A stretch of DNA of 64,000 bases from a virus (lineage: Duplodnaviria > Caudoviricetes): the IMG/VR virus record IMGVR_UViG_3300042483_000388; one strand, given 5' to 3'. Below, piece by piece: positions 36,001 through 45,741 of this stretch. The first letter of the stretch is position 1; each line of letters begins with the position of its first letter. The notes below the pieces were generated by a model. It had not been told where the DNA came from. It ran no database searches and saw nothing but the letters and a program-made list of their open reading frames with translations. The translations under genes and the position numbers were made by a program.

Positions 36001-38152
36001 AAAAAATCAAAAATTACCACTAACTACAGCATCAACCGGTAATGATATTAGTGTTAATTCCACAAACAACGGAACTGTATTAAATGCGGATCTTAACTGT
36101 CGTACAACAACTAAAAGGATAAATACCGCCGGACAGATTGTGGATTCATATAATGCTCAAGTTTATAGTATACCTGCGATGGGATGTAGGAGAGTTGCTA
36201 TTAAAAACATTGATGTTGTAATACCACCTGTTGATCCCATTATTCCTGTAGAAGTAGTCACAACGCCTGACCCAACTAAAGAAGTGAGTAATGTGTCAGT
36301 CCCATTAACCGCAACTACACAAAGCATTAAACCTGAAGCTAAGTTAACGGTAGAACAAAAAATTAAAGAAGGAATCTCTAAAAAAATATTAAGAAACCTT
36401 TTCAGTGAATGTGATTACTTTGAGGTTATTAAGGAATCTAACCCAATGGTTTATGACACAATTAAAGATAAAATTAGATTCTTTAATCCGGCATTTCACT
36501 CAATGACACCTGAAGGATTAAATGCGAGACTTACATTCTTAAATCAATGTACGAGACCGGGACAAACCATACCTGTTATAGGTCCTGATGGAAGACCAAA
36601 ATACAATGATGCGTTAAACACATCATTTGGAGCACCACCAATATTGGTATTAAGATTTGGTGACTTTTACCATTGTAAAATTGTTCCAATAGACATTAGT
36701 TTCAATTATGATGGGTCACCTTTAGATTTAAACCCAGAAGGCATTGGCGTACAACCTATGATATGTAATGTAACGATGTCATTTAATATAATTGGAGGTA
36801 TGGGACTTAAAGAACCAGTTCAACAATTACAAAACGCACTTTCATTTAACTACTACGCAAATACTGAAATATATGATGAGAGAGCGGTCGCAACTGAAGA
36901 TACAAGCAAGTTGGATAAATATGTTGTTGAAAAAATAAATGGAGCTCTACCAATTGTAAGCACCTCAAATGCTGCGGTTGTTAATAGTGTGCAACCTAAA
37001 AAGGGTCAAGGAACTATTGGATCAATAACCGATCCAACAACAATGGATTATACGACATTATTAACGTCGTTACAAGATAAGTTGGTTGAGTATTTTAACG
37101 CATATACCGACATGTTAGAAAAAATAACAACGGATTATAATTATGGTGTATTACAATTAGCGTCAAAAGATAGGTCATATACTAAGGGAGTTCTTTCTGA
37201 GTATGTTGACCCAACTGATGTTGAAATATATGGTAAGTCAAATAAATACCTACAATACACAGAAGATTTAATCGCTAAAGTTAAGAAAGATATCGATAGT
37301 GGTGATACGCCTATTTTAGTTGGTTTGAAGAACGACCAATTAACTAATAAACAAACCAGAGAGTTAAAAGAAAAATTAACAACAAACGCAACTAATCGAC
37401 AGACAGCGATATTAGACTTAATACAAAACAACACTCAAAATTTAATAACAATACAACAAGATTTAAATTACATATTTAGACAAATGGATATGGTTGTATA
37501 CCAAACTGATGGTGTGTTGTTAGATACAAATGAACCTACGGTTTATCAATTAAGTGGTGACACTTTATTTGGTCCGGTAACAACATCTGGAAGCATTAAA
37601 TATGTTTATTTGGGATCAGAACCTGGTTGTATTAAAAGAACAATTAATGACTTTAATGCTGATGTTAATTACTATATTGGGTTAGATTTGTATCAAAAAA
37701 ATAGTTCAACTATCGGTAATGATGGATGTTCTTTTAATGTAAACATTATTAATTGTGAGGAAAATAGATTTTATATTGCATTCTCTCCCTTATTTACAAA
37801 AGAAGAAAATTTAACAATTTTTATAAATGAACTAACTAGTGGGCCTGAAATTAAGTCAAACCCTGGATTGGTTGAAAGAATAAAGATAGTTTGTAACGAT
37901 TTAAAAGTTAAATATGATATCATTAATGCTTCATTAGTTAAGGAAATTGACAACTTAAAGACTGATACAACTTCTTTTGCTTATCAAAATGCGGTTAAAT
38001 ATAAATTACCCGAAACAACGGTAAAAACTTGTAATTATGTTACACCACCAACAGATGATGTTAACCAAAGAACGAAAAGAATAAAAGATTTATACTCAAG
38101 TAAAAACTTGAATAATAATGATAAGTTTAACGGAAAAGTAACCTTTAATTAA
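33098..38152 (+). CDS. Large baseplate / tube-initiator-like protein with an internal OmpA-like peptidoglycan-binding domain
   Basis: Two tube-fold-like segments (FPPYNIKFSD..FLGRPEPIYTY.N..RSGSLSW; PPILVLRFGDFYH.KIVP..ISFNYD) flank GFYFDND...IELVGSAS..YNVALSKRRNDSV...CRRVAI. Confidence 0.6.
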   Translation: MSDSSLSFGNSSVFRKQLLVKNLVPYNVPGAYTSPGNPIDYETVLTVSNVADSPNNLVSTNLFANELYPLNEFGPEGGFSTPIGINSVASTNNPEGTNQGPYAPQDTQLDVINEFFIESAYVTNKFGPSGGYKDLVIITDIIGNGNIYQPYWDPGYYSYSSYSTYSIVFQDDPTGSNGLLSSDTYLAKIGASQLKFAFNERIAQEISQATIGSINLDTITDPFSASLLATGQQPFFIRNWKITVPENPILAAVSLANRLTGTYFPVSFIPGDYFDNDQPVNAAQTIAALGVPNALTGGLLAPILTKFRNPSEIFVANTGNGQRSALFSALDYNIYRPSYNRGIIGGLIAGVENLLDQDKPQSGGYYVGSKDSEPSQIDGPANQVPVNAFGVQLESIVYGPQELGILYEGNDELIKFGLKGKSYSDGGGTAGQLVWTSPKYKGNAGFHATAGGGNGSMDSEFNMITGDYLQYQSTEIPFKPGSILANTQALINSADQVQGQARLKHVGTAINQVSKVFNDGYKEITKGSGVLSYVNQADGTQAGIEYCRIFQKDTPYLTYADLQKTDGITKDGRRADYSILDNTYNLNIAPLKNPGSTNIVDGKVKKYMFSIENLAWRTSDRPGFTYDELPVCEKGPNGGRIMWFPPYNIKFSDSTKPDFNSTTFLGRPEPIYTYKNTSRSGSLSWTIIVDNPSVMNTIIEKQMKGATKERVQSIVDSFFAGCTKYDLYDLAIKFNTIPAKDLYTYQQILNNPRLTVEEQQIVIESIPQTAEGTVGTSTGNAAGVDPPLNTGNAGTVTVADPTPPDLNKFEGLGFYFDNDIPGTNPNTTAAQPFNVYYNTYLGQKSVYQTKAPAKVDNAGTIYSASSIPNFFTDVVESNFTVIQSELLKEIDDVLVKSKGSITIELVGSASAPATESYNVALSKRRNDSVLKWFLAQPLSGGTQTIKTYADLGKFKITFDSNGEEIVIPKNQKLPLTTASTGNDISVNSTNNGTVLNADLNCRTTTKRINTAGQIVDSYNAQVYSIPAMGCRRVAIKNIDVVIPPVDPIIPVEVVTTPDPTKEVSNVSVPLTATTQSIKPEAKLTVEQKIKEGISKKILRNLFSECDYFEVIKESNPMVYDTIKDKIRFFNPAFHSMTPEGLNARLTFLNQCTRPGQTIPVIGPDGRPKYNDALNTSFGAPPILVLRFGDFYHCKIVPIDISFNYDGSPLDLNPEGIGVQPMICNVTMSFNIIGGMGLKEPVQQLQNALSFNYYANTEIYDERAVATEDTSKLDKYVVEKINGALPIVSTSNAAVVNSVQPKKGQGTIGSITDPTTMDYTTLLTSLQDKLVEYFNAYTDMLEKITTDYNYGVLQLASKDRSYTKGVLSEYVDPTDVEIYGKSNKYLQYTEDLIAKVKKDIDSGDTPILVGLKNDQLTNKQTRELKEKLTTNATNRQTAILDLIQNNTQNLITIQQDLNYIFRQMDMVVYQTDGVLLDTNEPTVYQLSGDTLFGPVTTSGSIKYVYLGSEPGCIKRTINDFNADVNYYIGLDLYQKNSSTIGNDGCSFNVNIINCEENRFYIAFSPLFTKEENLTIFINELTSGPEIKSNPGLVERIKIVCNDLKVKYDIINASLVKEIDNLKTDTTSFAYQNAVKYKLPETTVKTCNYVTPPTDDVNQRTKRIKDLYSSKNLNNNDKFNGKVTFN

Positions 38153-38153
38153 A

Positions 38154-38477
38154 ATGGCAGAACAATATTGGAATAGATATACAGATTTTTTAATAAACGG
38201 ACAAGAGACGGTTGTTCCTTATGTGAACCTACCGGCAAAGAGTTCGGACAAAAATTACATATATATTGTTGGTCAATCTAGATTAGATAAAGCATCCCAA
38301 CAATTTTATGGAACACCATACTTCGGTTGGTTAATACTAATGGCAAACCCACAATTCACCGGATATGAATTTGCCATTCCGGATGGTGCGGTATTGACAA
38401 TTCCATTTCCTTTAGTAGCTTCTTTACAAGATTATAAAAATGTTATAAATAATCAGTTTTTCTATTATGGCAGATAA
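38154..38477 (+). CDS. LysM-like baseplate wedge protein (gp53-like)
   Basis: RLDKASQQFYGTPYFGWLILMANP...IPDGAVLTIP pattern. Confidence 0.75.
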   Translation: MAEQYWNRYTDFLINGQETVVPYVNLPAKSSDKNYIYIVGQSRLDKASQQFYGTPYFGWLILMANPQFTGYEFAIPDGAVLTIPFPLVASLQDYKNVINNQFFYYGR

Positions 38478-41400
38478 CGGTGAAAATATATTAGTTGAGT
38501 TTGATTACGATAACATTACACTTATAGACCCAAATAAGCTTGTTGACGATCAAGGTAATGTAAAAGATAGGTTAGTTAAACAAGAGGATTTAGTTTATTA
38601 TGTGAACCTTGAATGTAATGTCTTACCAAGAACAAAGTTAGCCGTTGGAACTGCGATGAATGATTCTCAAAGGACTATATCGGTAGGTAAAATCAATTTT
38701 TTAAATCCAGGATTTAAAACTTTTATGGATAACGCTTGGGCTGATGAGTTAACAGGAAAAAACACATTACAAGGTAAAGGTGTAAACCAACCAAGTCTAA
38801 CCTCGGTTAAGAACCCAAACAAATCTGATGACTATTATATAACCCAAAATCTATCATCAAACGGGACACCTGGTGCTGTTGATAATGGGCTTTTGGGAAT
38901 GAAATCGGTTAAAGTAAGTGTTGGACTTGATTTCTTACCCGTTGTTGATGTTGATTTGGAAGACGTTAAAGGTAGGGCTTTGTTTGAGGGTGGAAATAAT
39001 TCTCCATATGCTGCTTTTTTCCAACTACCATATCCACAATTTACTCTAACAATTAAAGGTTACTATGGTAAGGCGGTTAAGATGCCAATAATGTTACAAT
39101 CTTTTACGTCTACTTTTGATCCGGCTACACACAATTTTCAAGTTAAATTGAAATTTTATGGGTATAAATATACCCTACTATCCTATATTAATTTTGGAGC
39201 CTTAATGGCGGTACCCCACATGTATAACAATAAGGTGTCCCAAACAACAAGAACTGCAGAGCAAGGTAATGCAAATGACGCAACTACACTAGCAACACCA
39301 ACCATCGTTAGTAGAGGGTATCAAAAGATGAAGGAAATTTATTCAATTTATAAATCTAAAGGATTAATAGATGATAATTTTCCCGAAATAACACTTAATC
39401 AATTAAAATATCGATTATCAAATTTTATTAAAGATATTTTAGACAAGTTCGCAAAAGAAAATTTGGGATCATTAACTGAAATGACAAATTATACAAACGA
39501 ACTTTTAGGGTTCCAACAAAAAGTTTTTATATATACGACATCTTGGTATAACAAATATATGGACACTAAGAATCCTATCGTTTTAAAATCAACAGGTGAA
39601 AGCGTATATAATTTTAAAAAAGAACTTAACCCAGAAAAAAGAGAAGCCGCTATTGCCGAATTAGGTGGGTATCTAACAAATTATAACTTAAAATTAAGTG
39701 AGAATAAAATCTTTGGAATAAAAGGAAGTTATACCGTTGGAACAACTGTGATCCCATCAGAGATACCTAATAGTATTACCATAGATACTTTAACAAGAAA
39801 AATAGCTTCTCAATCCGATGTGGACTTTGAAAAAACTTATTTATCTCAACAAAATACCACACAAGGTACAATAGACCCAATTAAGTTTGAAACATTTAAA
39901 ACTAATTTATCGACCGATATACTACTTGCGATTCAAGCAAGATTATATTATTTTGATGGACCAAATTCATTTATGTCTATAACTAGTGATATGGCAAAAC
40001 AAGCCTCCACCATTAGGAATAATTGTGAAAAATTAATTACTGAAAATTTGGCAGCAAAATTTAATGACCCAAAGAACGGTCTTGGTTTTATGCCCTCAAT
40101 ACGAAACATACTTGCAATTTTTTATTGTCAAGGGGAGGCGTTTCTTGGTTTATTGGATGAAGTTCATAAAAAGGCTTGGGATCAAAGGGAAAACCCATAT
40201 AGAAGAGCCGCAATATTTGGAAATATAACAACAGCACCAAGCGTTGACGTAAAAACCTCAACACAAAATAATGAACCTATTTATCCGTGGCCGCAGGTAA
40301 TACAGGAAACTATTGGGTCAGATAAACAAGAAAAGTTTGAAGTAATATATCCTGGGGCTCAAAATGTTGCTAGTGCGTATAGGGCTTATAATCCTGAAAT
40401 TTGGCCTGAAGTTGAATTTGTTGAACAATTTATTAAAGGATATACCGAACGATTAAATAGTGACGATAAAGGGGGTGAGAGTAACGTTATTGACACCCAA
40501 CCTTCAAGAATTTCATTAAACGCGATTGATTTTCCAGTTACAAACGAAGTATTCCAAAACAAAGAAGAATCAAAATATTATTATGAAATATATGAGAGAA
40601 TTTTAGTAAACTCATTATATAGTAGAATGAATAGGATGAGTGGATATGATCTTAGCGTCTATGAGGCGGAAGGTGATGATGAAGCCACAAACGTATTAAA
40701 AAGTTTGGGAACCGATAACCCATTTTTATCTAAAAAATTAAAAGAATATTTAGTTGACGGGGCTAATTTTGTTCCATTCTTAAGACATATATCAAACGAA
40801 GGTCAGGGGGATAGTTGGCAATCATTTATTAGGGGGGAATTTGTAACCCCATATCTTAAAAATGAATCACAAAACCCAAATTTGTTATATAATTCGGATT
40901 TGATTCAATCACTTAAATCCCAACCTAACCTTTCATTATCAAATACTAAGAATTTAAATAACTTAGAACAGTATTTTGCAAATTCATCTTCATCAAATAA
41001 GTTTGATTTTACCGATACATACCCACTAAGTAATTTAAAATGGGATAAAGATAATCTAGCGTATGGTAAATATTTAAATAATGTTGAAGAATCTTTTGAT
41101 ACAAAAATGGTTTTATCTTATAACAACATACATAAGACATTAACCAACTTTTTAAATTCCGACACAAATAACGATAAGAGACCATTTACACATTTTAATT
41201 TTGAAAATACAATAGTTACTCCGACAACTGAAACTCTAAAGGATTTTTATGACACAAGAAAATATGAGGATCAAGTTGTTACTGAGGGTAATTTAGAGTA
41301 TGTAAATTATACTAATAATTGGTTTACACCAAATCAAACAACGTCAATGTTGAATACCCCATATTTTATAAATGCAATACAACAGGGGGTATTTAATTTT

Positions 41401-44400
41401 AGATATAAACAAGGGGACAAATATCCATATAAAACAGCTGCTTATTTATTTTTAAATAGTTTACCACTTGGTACTTTAAGAGAAAAATATAAAACGTTAA
41501 AAGACGGAGCGGTTTCCGATTTGGATTACATATTATCAACACTAAAGAAGTTTGGTGCGGTTCATAAATTACCATACTCTTGGATATTAAAATATGGGGC
41601 TATTTGGCACAGATACAAAGTTTATAAAGAAAGTGGTGAAGACATATTAGATCCTGTATGGAAAAACTTTAATTATTTAGAAAATTGGGATCCAGTTAAT
41701 TCTGCAGCAACAAAAAGTTTTAATTTACTTATTGATGGAACACAAAGAGACATTGTTTTAGAAAACACGACAGGTACTCAACCATTTACAGATATTAATA
41801 CGGGATTTTATCCACAATTAACGGACGACTTTAACGTATTTTTACAAGGGTTGAAATTGTTTAGTGGTCAAACACAAGTTACGGGTAAATGTGTAATAAC
41901 GCCAATAAGTGGTGATTGCACAACTTTTGACGTTTCGGGAACTTGTTCTATGAGCGGTACTGTTTTAACTGTTAACACAATAGATTATGATTTTATCAAA
42001 CCAAATGTTCTCATACAATTACCCTCCTTAAGTGCGACAACAAGTATATTGTCCCAAATATCTGGAGTATCAGGTGGAACGGGAACTTATATTATGCCGG
42101 TTTCTATAACTGCAACAAACATAAATTTTGTTATAAAAAGTTATGCTAAAATAACTAATCTTACAAGTAGTGGAATCACAAGTGGGACTATTATTGTTGG
42201 ACCATCAACTAATGGACCTTTAACTTTGGGGGTTCAGGTAACTGGAACAACAAACGATAATGGAACATATTTAATTACACCAACCACCGCAATTACGTCA
42301 AACTTTATTGTTGCCAACTCACCATTAAAGGTTACTGCGATTGATAGTAATATATTATCTGCTAACACAATATTAAATGGTGCGTCTTTAAATGGTAATG
42401 TAACCATATTAAGTCAGTTGTCAGGTGTAAATGGAGGAATTGGAACTTACTCAATATCTTCAGGTCAAACCGCAACGACATCAAACTTTGTTGTTGCAAA
42501 TGCTTTTCTACAAGGAATTGGATCATCACAGATACAACCACTTATTACTTCGGGTAAATTAAAACTAATTAATACGACTAACTCAACCATATTTGAAACT
42601 CCAGGTTTTGACCCCAATAATGGTCAAAGAAGTATGAGGGTCACACCATGGTCTGTTGTTGTTAGAACGACAGATGGGACTGGTTATTATACCTTACCTT
42701 CATTTGGGTCTAATATAAATCAAACAAAAGTTGAAGCATTTAAAAATGGGACAATGAAAGTTGAATTATTAAACAACAACGCAATGTTTAATGGTTCAGT
42801 TAGATTATTCTGGAATGCACCACAATATGGTTGGTTTGATAATGATAAGGTTGTTAAAAATAATCCCGAAACATATATGAAGGAAATTTTTAATACAGAA
42901 AAACTACAACAAAACTTTTTAATTACTGGTAACCAAACAAAATATACGAATATTGAGGAATTATTTACGACCTTTGATATTCAGACATTAGATAGTTTTG
43001 AATCTGAATTTTTAAATTTTAGTAGGTCAATTTATGATTATGTTGACACATTACCAACAACTACCGGTAGTCAAAGTCTACAACTTTTAAATCAGATGGC
43101 AAATCCAAATGCGACCACAGAACTAATATCTGATAAGGGAAATAAGAATTTTCAATACTTAATGAGAGAATTACTTAAAGTTAAAACACCAACTGGAACA
43201 TCGCCAGAAACAGTTTTATCTAGCGTTATAACAAGTCAAAATGATAACTTCCAACAGATATTATCAAATTTTGTTAATTATAATGTCGTATTTAAATATG
43301 GTAACCCATCTATGTTTGATAGACGATTGTTTTTAACGTTTTCAAATAAATTCCTTGAAGACCCAATTATTTATGGTCCTTATGAAAATGGAACATTACC
43401 AACACAAGGTGGATCACTTACATTGTCAAACTCTAAACAACAAAATCCGGAAACTTGGAAAGCGTTAGAGTATTATGTTGGTAACTCAACAATACCTAAA
43501 TTAATATATTCCAATAATGGTTCATATATAACTGATTTTTTTGTTGATCTAAACGTACAGTTTAATGAAAAAAATGTAGCTGACTTTGCACCTTTAATTA
43601 AGATATATGCAAGTCAAAAGTTAGTTGATAATAATCTAAATTTAACCAAATTCTATGGGTTGATGAATGCTTATTTTGATCAATCAGATGCTTACATATT
43701 TAATGTAATTAATGTTATGATGCCTCAGGTTAGGAAAGAATTACCAACCGTTTTTATTGAAGGTGATGGATCAACAAATAGAGCCGGTCTTGAAGCTGGA
43801 TTTACAGAACAAACAAGGACTGAATTGTGGGAAACGTTTAAAGCGTTAAATGATACTTGGATTTCTGGTTATGATTTTAAAAACAAAACATTATTTGAGG
43901 ATGTTATGTTAGTTGATAGGGCGAGTAGAAATGTTGGGGATAAAATACTTGTTGATATATTTGAAATACAAAATCTAATTGAGGGTGGGACATACAAAAA
44001 CAACTTGTTGGATATAGTTACAACAATTTTAGTTCAAAATAACTTCCAACACTTCATGCTACCGTCCTATGTTAATTTTTACAATGTTCAGGATGCATTA
44101 AAAAACCCAACCCCAAAACCTGATGGGTCTTTAGATTTTGCTAATACATTGTTTGGAACATTCTTAAATGTAGATTATAGAAATAGTTCGCCTAAATTTT
44201 TATGTTTCTATGCTAACAAACCAAGTGAACATTTGGATATGAAAGATAATATTGATTATAGGTATAGGGATGACGCTTTCGACCTCAGAAGGGCAAGTGA
44301 TAACCCCTTAATTGAAAATCAAATGGATAAAAAAGATTGGGCTAACTCAAATAAAGTCGTTGGTTTTAATATTGATATTACATCACAAAATCAACAAATA

Positions 44401-45477
44401 TTTAAACAATTTAGTATTAGTCAAACACCTGGTAAACCCACATCAGAATCTTTAGAGATGTTAAATCAAATGTCAAATATGAGTAGAAATACAAGATCAT
44501 CAACACAAAGTGTTTCTCTATATAATTTATATAAAAATAGAAGTTATGAATGTTCCGTTGATATGATGGGGTGTGCGTTAATACAACCTATGATGTATTT
44601 TAACGTTAGAAATATACCAATGTTTAGTGGGCCATATATGATTAGAAGTGTGACTCATAATATTACGGAAAGTGGGTTTGAAACAACCTTTGATGGGTCA
44701 AGACAACCATTCTATAGTTTACCAAGAATTGATAATTTCTTACAAACATTGAACGTAAAGTTATTATCAACAATTGAGGCTAAAATTAAAGAGAAAGAAC
44801 AGAAAAATTTAAATAGTTCGGATAATATTTTGAACCAACAAGAAAATGTGTTAGCAAATATTAAATCTGACGAACAATTAACTAAAAACCAAGATTGTGC
44901 ATTGTCAGCAAACCCAAGATATTACCAATATACGGTAATTGATGTGCCAGCTCAAACATCTAAAACAAGTAGAGAATTATATAATGGTATTAATGCGTAT
45001 TTATCATCTATTGGTCTTGTTGACGACAAATTAGTTCTACAGTCATTAATCATGTTTACCTTTATTTATGTTGATTCTGGAAATTCCACAGGTATATCGG
45101 CATATGAAAATAATTATAGTACAATTGATTTAACCCAAACATATGGGGATGCGTTTACAAGTTATATTGATAAAAAATACTATTGTGTTTCTAGAGGAAC
45201 TAATAGAAATCTTCCTATTGCAAAGTTTACATCATTCGATACTTTTATTCAGTTTGTTTTTGAAAGAACAAAAGGATTGGTGGATACGTTTACGTCAACT
45301 GTTGGAAATAGTGGAACCGCTCAAAGTTCAATAGATACATTAGCTGAAATTTATGTAACTTACTACCCAATAAAACAAAATCAAGATGTTTGGTCTAAGA
45401 TGTCCGAACAAAATGTGGCTTTGGTTAAACAGGAATTTAAAGAGGCTTTTAATTTATTTGATTCGTTGAAAGGTTAA
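38467..45477 (+). CDS. Giant baseplate hub protein (gp27/VgrG-like termini) with long insertions
   Basis: N-terminal hub-like PVVDVDLEDVKG..PYPQFTLTIKGYYG. Near the C-terminus, YECSVDMMG..IQPMMYFNV.NIPMFSGPYMI.SVTHNI..GFET.F. Follows the LysM gene. Confidence 0.65.
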   Translation: MADNGENILVEFDYDNITLIDPNKLVDDQGNVKDRLVKQEDLVYYVNLECNVLPRTKLAVGTAMNDSQRTISVGKINFLNPGFKTFMDNAWADELTGKNTLQGKGVNQPSLTSVKNPNKSDDYYITQNLSSNGTPGAVDNGLLGMKSVKVSVGLDFLPVVDVDLEDVKGRALFEGGNNSPYAAFFQLPYPQFTLTIKGYYGKAVKMPIMLQSFTSTFDPATHNFQVKLKFYGYKYTLLSYINFGALMAVPHMYNNKVSQTTRTAEQGNANDATTLATPTIVSRGYQKMKEIYSIYKSKGLIDDNFPEITLNQLKYRLSNFIKDILDKFAKENLGSLTEMTNYTNELLGFQQKVFIYTTSWYNKYMDTKNPIVLKSTGESVYNFKKELNPEKREAAIAELGGYLTNYNLKLSENKIFGIKGSYTVGTTVIPSEIPNSITIDTLTRKIASQSDVDFEKTYLSQQNTTQGTIDPIKFETFKTNLSTDILLAIQARLYYFDGPNSFMSITSDMAKQASTIRNNCEKLITENLAAKFNDPKNGLGFMPSIRNILAIFYCQGEAFLGLLDEVHKKAWDQRENPYRRAAIFGNITTAPSVDVKTSTQNNEPIYPWPQVIQETIGSDKQEKFEVIYPGAQNVASAYRAYNPEIWPEVEFVEQFIKGYTERLNSDDKGGESNVIDTQPSRISLNAIDFPVTNEVFQNKEESKYYYEIYERILVNSLYSRMNRMSGYDLSVYEAEGDDEATNVLKSLGTDNPFLSKKLKEYLVDGANFVPFLRHISNEGQGDSWQSFIRGEFVTPYLKNESQNPNLLYNSDLIQSLKSQPNLSLSNTKNLNNLEQYFANSSSSNKFDFTDTYPLSNLKWDKDNLAYGKYLNNVEESFDTKMVLSYNNIHKTLTNFLNSDTNNDKRPFTHFNFENTIVTPTTETLKDFYDTRKYEDQVVTEGNLEYVNYTNNWFTPNQTTSMLNTPYFINAIQQGVFNFRYKQGDKYPYKTAAYLFLNSLPLGTLREKYKTLKDGAVSDLDYILSTLKKFGAVHKLPYSWILKYGAIWHRYKVYKESGEDILDPVWKNFNYLENWDPVNSAATKSFNLLIDGTQRDIVLENTTGTQPFTDINTGFYPQLTDDFNVFLQGLKLFSGQTQVTGKCVITPISGDCTTFDVSGTCSMSGTVLTVNTIDYDFIKPNVLIQLPSLSATTSILSQISGVSGGTGTYIMPVSITATNINFVIKSYAKITNLTSSGITSGTIIVGPSTNGPLTLGVQVTGTTNDNGTYLITPTTAITSNFIVANSPLKVTAIDSNILSANTILNGASLNGNVTILSQLSGVNGGIGTYSISSGQTATTSNFVVANAFLQGIGSSQIQPLITSGKLKLINTTNSTIFETPGFDPNNGQRSMRVTPWSVVVRTTDGTGYYTLPSFGSNINQTKVEAFKNGTMKVELLNNNAMFNGSVRLFWNAPQYGWFDNDKVVKNNPETYMKEIFNTEKLQQNFLITGNQTKYTNIEELFTTFDIQTLDSFESEFLNFSRSIYDYVDTLPTTTGSQSLQLLNQMANPNATTELISDKGNKNFQYLMRELLKVKTPTGTSPETVLSSVITSQNDNFQQILSNFVNYNVVFKYGNPSMFDRRLFLTFSNKFLEDPIIYGPYENGTLPTQGGSLTLSNSKQQNPETWKALEYYVGNSTIPKLIYSNNGSYITDFFVDLNVQFNEKNVADFAPLIKIYASQKLVDNNLNLTKFYGLMNAYFDQSDAYIFNVINVMMPQVRKELPTVFIEGDGSTNRAGLEAGFTEQTRTELWETFKALNDTWISGYDFKNKTLFEDVMLVDRASRNVGDKILVDIFEIQNLIEGGTYKNNLLDIVTTILVQNNFQHFMLPSYVNFYNVQDALKNPTPKPDGSLDFANTLFGTFLNVDYRNSSPKFLCFYANKPSEHLDMKDNIDYRYRDDAFDLRRASDNPLIENQMDKKDWANSNKVVGFNIDITSQNQQIFKQFSISQTPGKPTSESLEMLNQMSNMSRNTRSSTQSVSLYNLYKNRSYECSVDMMGCALIQPMMYFNVRNIPMFSGPYMIRSVTHNITESGFETTFDGSRQPFYSLPRIDNFLQTLNVKLLSTIEAKIKEKEQKNLNSSDNILNQQENVLANIKSDEQLTKNQDCALSANPRYYQYTVIDVPAQTSKTSRELYNGINAYLSSIGLVDDKLVLQSLIMFTFIYVDSGNSTGISAYENNYSTIDLTQTYGDAFTSYIDKKYYCVSRGTNRNLPIAKFTSFDTFIQFVFERTKGLVDTFTSTVGNSGTAQSSIDTLAEIYVTYYPIKQNQDVWSKMSEQNVALVKQEFKEAFNLFDSLKG

Positions 45478-45515
45478 ACTTTCAACATAACGAGATATTT
45501 ATAATAAAAAATAAT

Positions 45516-45740
45516 ATGAACACTAAATTAATATTAGACAACTATCTTGGTAAAAACACAAGAGTGTCTGAAAAAGACATGGGAAATGGAACAAAAGAAG
45601 TTTGTGACCTAGATACTGGCGATTGCTATACCCTAAGAATGAAAGATGGTCTTATTGAAAGGGTTGACAATACAAAGAGAGCATTTAAAAAAATACAAGT
45701 AGAGACCACACATGGTATAAAAACATTATTAAACGGATAA
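45516..45740 (+). CDS. Hypothetical protein (74 aa)
   Basis: ORF preceded by TATTTAT at 45496-45502; contains VCDLDTGDC. Confidence 0.65.
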   Translation: MNTKLILDNYLGKNTRVSEKDMGNGTKEVCDLDTGDCYTLRMKDGLIERVDNTKRAFKKIQVETTHGIKTLLNG

Positions 45741-45741
45741 G

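Noticed and set aside
25292-45477. Bacterial contractile injection system, T6SS or tailocin
   Set aside because: The module is embedded among phage replication genes and neck proteins, with no bacterial housekeeping context.
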